Source: Adineta vaga (lineage: Eukaryota > Animalia > Rotifera). Taken from it: DNA of 64,000 nucleotides. The position numbers were made by a program, and so were the translations under genes. Position 1 is the stretch's first letter. Each line of letters opens with the position of its first letter. The stretch covers positions 18,042,001 through 18,106,000 of the forward strand of contig CP075493.1 in assembly GCA_021613535.1 (NCBI GenBank). The letters are read 5' to 3'. The notes beneath the pieces are model-generated. The model saw only the letters and a list, made by a program, of their open reading frames with translations, ran no database searches and had not been told where the DNA came from. Shown piece after piece: positions 27,002 to 38,303 of the stretch.

Positions 27002-30000
27002 TTATAAATCATCATCAAAAAAACGTTTCGGTTTCCGTTGTCGTTTAGTTGGTGGTAGATCGGATGGTTGTTTTTGTCGTTTAGAACCCAAACGTCTTAA
27101 TTCATTATTTGTTCGTTGAACTGGAGTCAAATTGGAACGTGGTTGATCAAATGAATCTGTCACTAAAGGAAAAAATATATAATATTTAGATGAAAATAAA
27201 TGAATTTATTTTACCGTCATCATTTGATACTGTAGTTACAGCCACTACCATAGAACTAATTTTCTGTTGTGGACATTGGACTTTGTCTTGAAAATACACG
27301 CTGATTTCTCCTTCTATAATTTTATCATACCAATAACGATTTAATAACCAATTGTGATGTGCAGTATTAAATATATTATTAACAACTAAACTTGTTGTTG
27401 ATGATGATTCATTGTTCAAAACTTTTTTAACATATTCATCTAATCCAATTCCAACTTTTTGTCGAAGTTTTGTTTCAAAAGAAGATGCTTCTGATGCAGA
27501 CATAGATACAGGAAACATCTTCAAATAGCCAATTTCCGATTTAATTTTCTTCTTAGTGGGAATATTCGACACAAATAAATTGTCAATTAATTTAATCAAT
27601 TTATTTTCTCTTAAATAAGCAATGACACGACTTTTTGTTTCAGCATTATTATATAGTCGGGTTACATCTGTTTTTGTAAGAGCAATAAATGGTTTTAACA
27701 TAAGTTTCTTCGATAAACCAATAAGTTCTAATCAACAAAAGATAAAAACAAAACATCATATAAAAATTGAATGATTTATATAAAGGTATTCTCTAGTTTA
27801 TTCTTACCTTCGTTAGAAATTTCATCGATATCTTTTGACACATCACTATATTCAGAAGATGTTGTATTTGGAGATGATGTTGTTTTCAGATTCGGATGAA
27901 AATCTAAACATTACTAATAGATACATGGAAAAAGAACTTAGTTATTTAAATACCATATTCAATAGAATTGAATTCAGCATTACTATGCTGTTCATCATTA
28001 TGTTGTTCAATTGCAATCAACGATGATGATTCGGGAATTAATTCCTAAAGAAGATCACTATTTAATGTGACGAATATATTTTAAATAGTACAAAACCATG
28101 TTTTCTTCTTGTTTTGATTGTAGACTTGTATCACTATTACGAATATTCATAGAATCATCGATGGAATAATCATATTCAACAGAATTAGAAACTAAATATA
28201 AAAAACAAACGTTCATATTATAGATTAAATATTTTACATATAATCAAGTGCTGCATTACTATTCATTTCATCATTCGTAGACATTTCTTCTACAATAACA
28301 CTGTTGAATGCAGTTGTTAATGATTTATTAATATCACATGTTGAATTGTCTAAATAGAAAAAAAAACAAGGGGTATTAACAAGAAAAGAAATCTATATTA
28401 TGTTTTTCATTCGTACAAGTCGTATGTCGCATGTTTTTAACATGATTGTTAACGATGTTGTCATTCTCATTATTATTGACCAATTCTAAAATCAGAACTA
28501 TATATTGGAATTTAAGTGAAAAAAATAGACCTACCACCTTCCAATGTATCCCATACATTTGAATGTTCTTCTGTGATAATCCCGTTGATGCTGGACATTG
28601 AAGCAGTTTGATTGTCTAGTTAAAAACAAAACAAAAGAATTACGAAAATTACATTAATAATGCAACAAAAATTTACCTTTTTCATTCAACGAAACTTGCT
28701 CTTCAAGATTGTTCGTTGAATTATTTTTGTTTGAATGAATATTAGAAAAAGGTTTTGATGCTTGAAGTTGGGTTTGAAGTTCTTGAACATCATCAGTAAT
28801 AAATGAAGTCATAATGATTTTATCAGATTCAGTTAAATTAATCATCGTTGCATTTGAATTATTACTTCGGTGACGATCGAGGATCAATGATGTTCTTTCA
28901 TCTTGTGCAGAATTATTCTTTTGAAAAATGACTGGAACACAGAGTTTGTTCAATTACTTCAAAATGTAATGGTCATCTTTCATTTCAAAAGCATGTACAG
29001 GTGATAAAGTAAATGTATGTGTTTCAGGATCAATACCGATTAGACCATTACGTAAACCAGGTTTTAAAATTTCTTGAGCAACAGGATCATCGGCATTGCC
29101 TAGACGATGAATAATTTCAATGAAATCAAATAAATTGGCACTAATATAATTAATTGCTGGTTTATCAATCTTCCCTGCTATATCAGACGTATAGAGAAGG
29201 CATTGTTTCCATAATTGTCGATACTTATTAATATTCAATTTTAATTTGTCTAGTGCTTCAATAGCCATATTATTTTGTTCAATTTGAGTAGGTGTAGCCA
29301 TTACGTAACTTGAACGAATTCCTTTGATAAATCGATCCTTATTCAATGATTGATATATCAATCCATTATCGATCAAATATTCAATTGTTGTTAATAATCG
29401 ATCTTTATCATTATGAAATTGCCTAAAAGAACTGTAGGTTGATAATGAAAAAAAGATAAATTTTGATGAAATAATTGTTGAAGCATCATTGTAAACCAAT
29501 GCATGACCATCATGTTTTTTTTGTCCATCATCATCAGAACTATAAATGAAAAATGTTAGAGGAATAAAATGGATTAAAGTATACCTTTTTAATGATCGAG
29601 ATATTACTGGAGATGTAATGAACTTTTCTTGAATCGATGATAAATCAAATAATTGTCGAGATACATAGTCAACATGGCCAAAAAATAAATCACCCATAAT
29701 AGCTGTACTTTTTTCAATGATAAGAATTTTTGTACCATCATCTTTACGTAAATGTGCTGGATATCGTTGCTCGATAACCTTATTGACAGCTTCGATGAAA
29801 CAATTAGAAACAAGATATGGTGTTTTTACGACTTCTGATATTTCAATAAATGGATAGACATCATCATCCCATAAAATATCCATAATCGCTCGAAAACGAG
29901 CAAAATTACAAATAAAACTAAATTATTATATAATATATTATTTAAAATCTAGAGAGGAGTAAATATTTACCGTGGAATTGCAGTTGAATTTTTAAAGCTA

Positions 30001-31430
30001 ATAATAGCTTCATGTTCTTGTTTTTCTGTTTGTGTTGCTTCTTTCCATTGATTATAAACTCGATTGAACATATAATAATGAGCACTTTTACTATGTTCAT
30101 AAGAAGAATCACTTTCAGGTTCTTCGAGTTCAATTTCAATTTTTGATGATAAATGATGATATTGACGATTGGCAGTAGGTCGTAATCGTTTCCACTTCTC
30201 TTCAATATCGGAATTAACCACATCTAAAAGACAATAAAAAGAATTTTCATAAGCAAATTAAAACTATTGTTACTTGATTCTTTTTTTTCCGTATTTGTCA
30301 TAAACATTTTGTCGTGAAATATATTCAACTTTGCCAAGTAAAAAAGATACTGTATAGACATGTTGAAGTGACGGTACCATATTCGATATTACACCACTAG
30401 TACCAGAATTGGTTTTGATAGCTTTCATTACAGGACACGGATAATGAGTAAATCGATTATGAGCACCACTAACACCATTTGCTCCAAATGAATCAAACAA
30501 TACAAAAAATAAGAAACTCTTTGTGAAAATTATTTACTCATAATGTTGTTGTGATACTCGTGCATAAGGATCACCAACACTTGCACCAATAATGGAAGCA
30601 CGTCTTCCTTCTGGAATATTGTATGATGTAGAAAGAGTTGCTCGATTTTGATGTTTGGTTCCATCAAACATTTGAATAAGCATATTCACATTTTCAGCAA
30701 AACGAGGATCATTATATTGATTGCCATAAACATCCAAGTTTGATAGTAATGTATCGCACTCGGTCGAACATAATAAACGATTGCCATATAATAAACTTCG
30801 AAATACTTGAAGTGCAGTTGACTATAGAAAAGAATAATGAACAAACTAAAATATAACTTAATATGCAGCTTACATTTGAAACGATAAATGGTTGATCAAA
30901 TAATAAATCGATACTTTTATTTGGATGCTGAATATATTCTTGATTGATATCCAATTGAGACAATGTTCGATTCGATGCATCCATATGAGGAGTTAGTGCT
31001 GATGACTTTCCACTACCTAAATTATAAACAACACACGACTTTAACCAAAGAAATAATATTCAAATTAAAATTACCTGATGTGCCGATAACATGTCCAAAC
31101 ATATTTGTCCCATCAGGACTACCATTGTTCACGTAATGATAATAATATGAATTGCTATTTATAGCGGACAAAAAATGTAATAATATATACAAATTGAGAC
31201 CTTTGTCGACGTTGCTATCCGATGACCATGACATAAGCGTTGCTTTTTCAAAAGATGTTAACTCTGTTAACTTGTCACATGGATCAAAAATTGCAGTATC
31301 CAAGCATAATCGACTTCGAGTTTGTCCTTGCATTAACATAAAATCACGCAGACTTGGCTTCTGTAAACGAGACAACATATTCAAACGATTTTTCAGTAAC
31401 CAAATATTTGATAAGATTTAAATATGTATC
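27002..31430 (-). CDS. Large multi-exon P-loop NTPase/helicase-like protein (DUF3987/YfjI-like N-terminal half)
   Basis: NMFGHVIGTS-G|intron|-SGKS gives Walker A GTSGSGKS. It is followed by NMLIQMFDG..RAT, ASIIGASVG and GAHNRF. Many short GT-AG introns, a Asn/Ser-rich middle region and a basic NLS-like C-terminus (TKRQRKPKRFFDDDL*). The start is uncertain and a frameshift is likely near 30780. Confidence 0.6.
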
Positions 31431-32314
31431 AGAATATTCAAATTCAAAACTAAATCAATAAAACGAATTTCACCACTTGAGTAATAACGCTAATAATGCT
31501 AACTTACATAGACTTAACCACGAATTCTAAAATAAAAAACATAAATTCGACGGTACAGCGGATGAATCCACGAAAAATTTATCATTTATATATACGAATA
31601 AAACTTCGATATTTATACATACCGATGAACAAAGGTAACATACCGTCGACGTATATAAATCAAAACCAAATCAGACTAAAATTCAACAACATTTACCCTT
31701 GAAATGATTATCGATACAAATAAACAATAAAGAATTAAACAGACACGTCCATATATCACATTTTCCGTCTATACCTGTATAGACCAAACTGCACTATTCA
31801 CCTTGAAAATTCTTTCTTTCCTTCATATTGTCCATCACAATAACCACTCGTCATGATAAACACACTCCATAAGAACCCTGGAAGAGAAACAACTAAACCA
31901 TACACAAAAAAAAGACCGACTAGAAATAAAACTAATGATCTTTCAACTAACCATATGATACTTTTCCACAACATCAAAAATATAATCAAAGTCTAACTGT
32001 AGATAAAATCAACTAAAATAAAATAACAACTTTTCCAATACTCAACAAAAAGAATACCAAAAATTAAACTAACTCAAACCATAAAAAACATACCATCTCT
32101 CAACTAGTTCAATCCACATACAATCACACACTCAAAAAAACATCAACCTATTCACCATTATCCACTATTCCACATCTCCAAAAAACCGAATACACGATAC
32201 AAACCGAACATTACAAAAAAAAACCTGCATATACAAAAAAAAAAGCAAAAAAAAATCTATTCCAATCATTTACATGCGTCCCTATGTCCATCTATACTTC
32301 TATACATTCAATAC

Positions 32315-32450
32315 AACTATATCTAAATCTATTTCTATCTATTCCAAAAACTAACATGGGTATGTATGTAGAACTATATCTAAATCTATTCCTATCTATT
32401 CCTAAACTATACATGGGTACCTATGTATAACTATATCTAAATCTATTCCT
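32315..32450 (-). repeat. Right terminal inverted repeat (tandem units)
   Basis: AACTATATCTAAATCTATT occurs three times with CATGGGTA spacers. It is the reverse complement of the left end. Confidence 0.85.
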
Positions 32451-32554
32451 GTCTGGTTCTAGAGTTGTATAGGGATATAGATATTTCTGTATTTATATTA
32501 TGAGTCGAATTAGGCAGCTACTCCGAGGAAGGCCCTCGAAGTACTGGAATAACT

Positions 32555-33103
32555 TTGGGGCCTGATCTGAATCAGATCAGAGAAGAGGAGAGACGTCGTG
32601 AGCGTCTCGAAAAGGAAAGGAGTTCGAAGTCAGCAACTTCGAAAGTGCCAACACCACCTCCGAACAATGACCGGCCGTCAACGTCAGCCGACGCTGGCCT
32701 GCCGCAGTTGGAGAAAAGTGAACGAGTTCGAAAGAAGCTCGCGTATTGGAAGGCACAAAGGGAGATGAGAAAAACAGCGAATAAAGTCGCTGCAAATCCA
32801 CCCCGACAAGCTCCACCACCTCGTCCTAAAGCACCAGTACCACCTGCTCCGCTTGTTTCACCCCCAGAGGTGAGTCGACGACAGCCTGTCGAACAGACTG
32901 TACAACCTGGTAATCAGATTGTTTCACCGGTGCCCGGTCACCAACCGGCGCCTGTAGCAGCATCAACACCAGAATCGGTCCTTTCAGATCGAGCTAATTC
33001 GGTGTTAGGTCCACCAAATGATTCGGTAGTGTCTTTCGGTGATTTTTTACCAGTTGACATCAACGACATCAACATTCATGATCTTCTCCTCAACGAAGAT
33101 TAA
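32555..33103 (+). CDS. Low-complexity proline/charged-rich ORF, C-terminal remnant of a Terminon-associated protein
   Basis: 182-aa open frame with higher GC than the surroundings and no ATG start. Confidence 0.45.
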   Translation: MGPDLNQIREEERRRERLEKERSSKSATSKVPTPPPNNDRPSTSADAGLPQLEKSERVRKKLAYWKAQREMRKTANKVAANPPRQAPPPRPKAPVPPAPLVSPPEVSRRQPVEQTVQPGNQIVSPVPGHQPAPVAASTPESVLSDRANSVLGPPNDSVVSFGDFLPVDINDINIHDLLLNED

Positions 33104-33226
33104 AGGTGGTCGCCTTGGTGCTCGTTCTTCCCGTCGTCGTGCTTCCTCAGCTTCTCCTTCTTTCTTCTTTTTTGAAGTTTTTTGTAGTAGTTGTTCCATC
33201 TTGTTAAAGTTTTTTGTTCTTCTAGA

Positions 33227-33290
33227 TGTTGTTTTTTCCTGAAGATCTTTATTTTTTACAATAAAGTGAAACCGGTCGAAAACAAACAAT
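33227..33290 (+). ncRNA. Type I hammerhead ribozyme (PLE type)
   Basis: GTTTTTTC-CTGAAGA-T-CTTTATT/TTTTAC/AATAAAG-T-GAAA-CCG-GTC-GAAAAC. Palindromic stem III (ACCGGT). Predicted cleavage after 33277. Confidence 0.8.
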
Positions 33291-33412
33291 TTCTTCTTTT
33301 ATTCTTAACTAAACAAATAAAAGCAACTACAAGTCTTAGCTAGTTTTGTTTCACTAGCTTCTTTCGACACTAAGACATTCAAGGTTGTTTCTTCCAACTG
33401 CTTCTTCTTCAA

Positions 33413-33490
33413 CCACACCCACACCCACACCCACACCCACACCCACACCCACACCCACACCCACACCCACACCCACACCCACACCCACAC
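33413..33490 (-). repeat. Interstitial telomeric array (TGTGGG)n, 12 full copies
   Basis: Perfect ACACCC tandem on the + strand, matching the known Adineta-type telomeric repeat. Confidence 0.9.
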
Positions 33491-33826
33491 ACACTCTTTG
33501 CGACCAACTTTCGTCGTTGTGAGTTGTACAGAATTTGGAGGTTTTCGAACATAAAAAAAGAATTCGTCGCTTGTGTAAATCAATGATTTTGTCAGAATGG
33601 CGAAAATTGGTCGCAAGGAGTATACAATGCAATTAAGCTTTAGTTCGTAGATTGTAGAACTTTTCACGCTGCATCTAATGAAGATTGTTAATAACAGTAC
33701 AAATATCTACGTTTTGTAGAGAATTTAACGAGGAATCTGTAGCTAAAAAAGGTTTTCTTTGACACCAAAATATGAATGAAATAAATGAAAAATACGAACA
33801 GTCGCATACATTTTGACTCACCTGAT
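33491..33826. mobile_element. Truncated Tc1/mariner-like MITE remnant
   Basis: Ends in TTTTGACTCACCTGATA, which resembles a mariner/Tc1 terminus. The left end abuts the telomeric array. Confidence 0.35.
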
Positions 33827-34913
33827 AGATGTGAGACAGGGTAAAAACGTGTCTTTCTTTCTTTCGTTTTTTTCTTCCTTCAAACTGAGTAAGGGCATCT
33901 TTGATTTCTTCTAAAGAGGTGCTTTTTTTATATTCTTTCTAACTTTTACCTCTCTCGGTCTATTCTAATATTCTTTAAGAGTATGTTAGTACATTTTTAC
34001 GTCGTTTGAAAAAAAAAGTGGTTGTACTTTATTTCTATGGCTTTTTTCCTAGTAAGCAATGCTAGAAAAAGGATCAGTTTTTCTTATTTCGACTCAAATG
34101 GAGAAAGGTGATTAAACTAAAAGTGCAGTAGTAGCCTCAGGTTGTAAGATAACTGTTTTTTCATTTTCTTTTTCATCGTATCTGCGTACGCACGAGAAAA
34201 AATAAGAAACAGCAAAATGTTACTTTAACATCCAGTAGTGAGTTTTCAAAAAAAAAGACGAGTAAGTTAAACAGAACTAGTTTAACAAAAACCATCATTA
34301 ATTTAATGGTCTTTTGACTAGTGCGCATATGTGGAGCTGATTTTTCCGTTCATATTTCACCAACTAATATCGAGTTCTATCTTAAGACTTACACAGTCCA
34401 GAAATGATGTCTAACCAAGTGTCAGCATCTTTGGACACTAAATTTAGTATTCAACGATGCACTATTACATAATCTGTCACCGATAAATAATTCTGGAAAC
34501 TTTAAGTGTTAAGAAGAAATCTGTGTGTGAAGTCCTTTGGTGAATCGTTAAACTTTGGAACTGTGGGTTAGTTTCTGCGTCTATGTCCAGCTTTTTGAGG
34601 TCTTGTTGGTATTCCAAGTTTTCTAGGATTTTCGAACTCTTCTGGTCCTCTCCTTTCCTTGGTTTCTTCTACTTTTCGAGATTTTCTACTATTTTACGTT
34701 ACTCGATTTTTATAGTTTTTTGAGTGCTAGGAGCTTCTTGATTTTCCGGATTTTTCGAAGTATTTTTTCATTTTCAATTTCTTATCTTTGACTTGTGTTC
34801 TTTAGTTGAACTTCAATATCAGAATTTTTGTTCATCATTAATACATAAACGATTAGCAGCAATATTCGAGTACACTTCATTTATTCGTGAAGAAATCATC
34901 AAAAAACAGACAG

Positions 34914-35858
34914 ATGGACCAAAACAAAATAGAACTTTCTCAGGTAGCACCTGAATTGCGATCCTCTGTACGTAATATGCCGTCCGTACTAATAAGTACT
35001 GCTTGGGGACGTTGGATTGTCCGAAACATTCCAAAGCTAATTTTTCGTGAGAAACAGTATGAAAATGTACGTATCGAAAACAGAACAACTGACGAAGGCG
35101 TGGTGATACGCATTTATACACCCAACAACAGTCTCACAGGTGCTGCTTTGCTATGGATACATGGTGGTGGAATGGTTATGGGTGATGTTGCAATGGACGA
35201 TTTATTTTGCACTACCACTGCATATGAGCTTGCCATTGTCATTGTCTCGGTAAATTATCGTCTTGCGCCAGAATTTCCATTTCCGGCTCCGGTGGATGAT
35301 TGCTACGCTGCATGGAACTGGCTTCAAAAATCAGCCCAACAGTTACAAATAGATCTCACAAGGGTTGCAGTTGGTGGACAAAGTTCAGGGGGTGGACTTG
35401 CTGCCAGTCTTGTACAACGCATTCATGATACAGGAGCCGTTCAACCTATCGCGCAATGGCTTTTCTGTCCTATGCTCGATGATCGAACAGCTGCGCAGCT
35501 TGAATTAGATAACATTCAGCATCTAATCTGGAATAATTGGCTTAACCGCATCGGTTGGCAAGCTTTTCTTGGAACTGAACCAGGAGCCACAGACGTGTCT
35601 GATTATGCTGTGCCAGCTCGTCGTAAAAATTTTGGTGGTTTACCACCAACATGGATTGGCATTGGAGATATTGATCTTTTCTTCGACGAAGATAAGGCAT
35701 ACGCTGATAAACTAAAATCAGCAGGCGTAGATTGTACATTAGAAATTGTGCCAGGTGCATTCCATGGTTTCGAAAGATTAGCCAATGATACGAAATTAGC
35801 TCAAGATTATTTATCACGTAGTCGTGACTGGCTACGAAATAAGCTTACGTTAGCGTGA
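34914..35858 (+). CDS. Alpha/beta hydrolase, HSL family (family IV esterase/lipase), intronless and bacterial-like
   Basis: HGGG oxyanion motif, NYRLAPEFPFPAPVDDC, GQSSGG nucleophile elbow, DDRT, GLPPTWIGIGDIDLF and AFHGF. Confidence 0.92.
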   Translation: MDQNKIELSQVAPELRSSVRNMPSVLISTAWGRWIVRNIPKLIFREKQYENVRIENRTTDEGVVIRIYTPNNSLTGAALLWIHGGGMVMGDVAMDDLFCTTTAYELAIVIVSVNYRLAPEFPFPAPVDDCYAAWNWLQKSAQQLQIDLTRVAVGGQSSGGGLAASLVQRIHDTGAVQPIAQWLFCPMLDDRTAAQLELDNIQHLIWNNWLNRIGWQAFLGTEPGATDVSDYAVPARRKNFGGLPPTWIGIGDIDLFFDEDKAYADKLKSAGVDCTLEIVPGAFHGFERLANDTKLAQDYLSRSRDWLRNKLTLA

Positions 35859-36980
35859 GAGTGATTTTCACGAGAAGAGATCCAAACCAGGCATACAACA
35901 TGTTTCATTCTTGCTCGAAAGACTCGTCAGTATGTTTAGAATCGAAAACTATATAGAAAAGGATTCAAACCTTACTATTGAATAAAAATGACAAATTTCT
36001 CGAAAACTGAATCAAAGATTTGAAATAGTTAAATTAACTGATGTATTTCAAAGCTTGTCTTATTTTTGGAAAGGGTTTATTATAACAAAACAGAAAACGA
36101 AGATCAATCTATGTAAATGAAATGTTTGTATATGTCGCAGAGAAATATGATTATGGTGTTGGTTATAGACTAATTTTTGTTGTGAGAATTCTTTTTAGCT
36201 GTCGTAGTCGATTTGGAATATCAAGCAACTGTGTGATCTCTTGCATGTTCTTCATTACTTTGAATATCTTTGTCGTCGTGTTCTTGTTAATTACATTACG
36301 ATCATTGGCTGGCAATGGTGGATTGGATAGATTTTGCCAGAATGTATGTGGAAAGTATTGTTTATAGTTAATTCCACTTACGCATATTATTATGAATTGA
36401 ATGGTTAAGCCGGTTAACCGATATTTTTTAACCGGTTATAGCGACATGGGATATACTCGATAGTCATTCTATATGAACGCACAAAAATTTTATAAACTTC
36501 TAAAGTTCTTGATCTACTTTTACGAAGGGAATTGAAATCAAACTAAATAATTTTTATCGAATTTTTACAGCATAAGATACCTCTTTGCGGCGAATTTTAT
36601 CGCTGATTGAAATATTATCACGAGTGCACTATGAGAGTTATACAAACCGACTGAGTTTTTTCGTCTTCCTGTCAATATTTTATATGCTAAATGTATTGAT
36701 TGGAAGGAGGCACGCATTGCAACGTTAATGAAGCACAGCGCGTTCTTGAGAATAAAAACAACCATTGGATTGTTTTTCTTTCTGTTTTTTTTCTTTCAGT
36801 ACCTATATATGGCACAAGGTAATATTATAAATCTTTGGTGCCATTCAAAGATGCTGATACTGAAATTGACAGATCAGTTCATCGTTTTTAAATAGAAGAA
36901 TGGAGTATGGAACAAGTTTTCGTATTTGTTCATACAAACTAATTTCATCTTCTTGCATTTCTCTTGCTCATTTCATACAG

Positions 36981-37064
36981 ACTCTGCACGCTCTCCCTCT
37001 GAAAAACAATCAGATTGGAAATCAAGGTGCACGAGCTTTGACTGACGTATTACAAAAGAATTCA
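36981..37064 (+). pseudogene. Isolated 84-nt RI-like LRR exon
   Basis: AG|TLHALPLKNNQIGNQGARALTDVLQKNS|GT, a 28-aa LRR unit with phase-0 splice sites. Confidence 0.6.
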
Positions 37065-37558
37065 GTGAGATAAAAAGCACTCTTTTCATCTTCATCATAT
37101 CTATCTTTCTTCTTAACAGAAAGTATGGATGATTGTGTCGAAGGGACTGATTCTTTTATTTTTGCTGACTGTCTATTTTCTCTAAGTTTTTTTCAAAGTG
37201 GATAGTTTTGGTGATTGTGTAAATTACAGATATCCATTTATTAACAACAGAAAATGGTATAAATATTTGTACTCTGACACGTCGCTCTTTACAATAAAGA
37301 AAACGAATGTGTTTGATAGGCTTGCACCTGTTGTCAATTAATTAACAAAAAAAAATTGTTTTTAGTTTTAAAAACGTGGCACACATTTGTACAATCTTTC
37401 TTTTTTTTATATAAATATGTGGAGTACGCGTGACTTTTTGCTTTTGTTATTCGTTGTCCTGGTTATAAACGAGTGATACTTATAGAATCGTTACATAAGA
37501 TTGTATGTGGTTTGAAAAAAATATAGAAACATATTTCGTGTCTATTCCTGTTTTAGAC

Positions 37559-38026
37559 ATGTCAAACGTCGAATATCGAACGATTATAAAGTTTTTTTGC
37601 TCGAAAAGGACTGAACCCTACCGAAATTACTAAGAAACTGAAAGAGATTTATAACGACTCGCATCCAGCGTATCGTACTGTTGCAAAATGGGTGGTTGAA
37701 TTTAAAGATGATCGAACGCGCGACTTTGAAGACGCACCACCAAGTGGTCGTCTGTTCACAAGAACAACGTTGTACAAGGTGCTATTCGTAAGGTGAATTT
37801 CGTCGAATTGAACCATCCTACCTATTCTCCGGATATTGCTCCTAATGATTATTATTTGTTTAAAAAAATGAAGGTACTTCTTCGCGGCAAGAATTTTGAG
37901 TCTGATGACGAAGTGATAACCACTGTCGATGAGTACTTAAGAAATCTCGATTCAATAAAGACAGTAATTGTTATCATATTGTTTCATAACATATGAGCTG
38001 CACGAACTTTCCGGATACGGTCATAC
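37559..38026 (+). mobile_element. Internally deleted mariner transposase remnant
   Basis: An HTH N-terminus (EYRTIIKF..YRTVAKWVVEFK..EDAPPSGR) is fused directly to HPTYSPDIAPNDYYLF. Confidence 0.8.
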
Positions 38027-38303
38027 TCTATATTGTTCTTTATCCCTGGAACAGAAAAGAATAATACAAAGTGTGTTGATATCTAAGCTTCTCTTCTAAT
38101 TTCTATATACTCGAAATAAATGAATCTATTGAGGAACTGCACTAACTCAACACAGAAGAAACTCGCCTTGCTGTAGACGCAAAACATGTCTATTGACTTT
38201 GATTAAGGTTACCTACACGGTGCATGCAATCCTATTTGTGCTTTCCTCAACTATGCGCGCATTCTAATATTTTATCTCTTCTTTTCAAAAACAAAACATT
38301 TTT

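Larger units (their letters stand above)
17982..32450. mobile_element. ~14.5 kb element bounded by long inverted repeats, encoding a KDZ-type transposase, PrimPol, a P-loop ATPase/helicase and a TatD-like protein
   Basis: The left end (AGGAATAGATTTAGATATAGTTATACATAG(T/G)TACCCAT..., 17982-18355, split by a solo LTR) is the reverse complement of the right end (32315-32450). Four DNA-metabolism genes lie between. No TSD was found. Confidence 0.8.
32504..33490 (+). mobile_element. 5'-truncated Terminon/Athena-like 3' end (ORF remnant, hammerhead, telomeric repeats)
   Basis: A Pro/charged-rich ORF (32555-33103), a hammerhead (33227-33290) and (ACACCC)12 all lie on the same strand. Confidence 0.7.

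Noticed and set aside
17960-32470. Target-site duplication for the large inverted-repeat element
   Set aside because: The flanks (…ATACTAATACT and GTCTGGTTCT…) share no direct repeat, so no TSD is claimed.
33305-33667. ORFs with VWVWVW / GVGVGV runs
   Set aside because: These are translations of the telomeric array, not real proteins.
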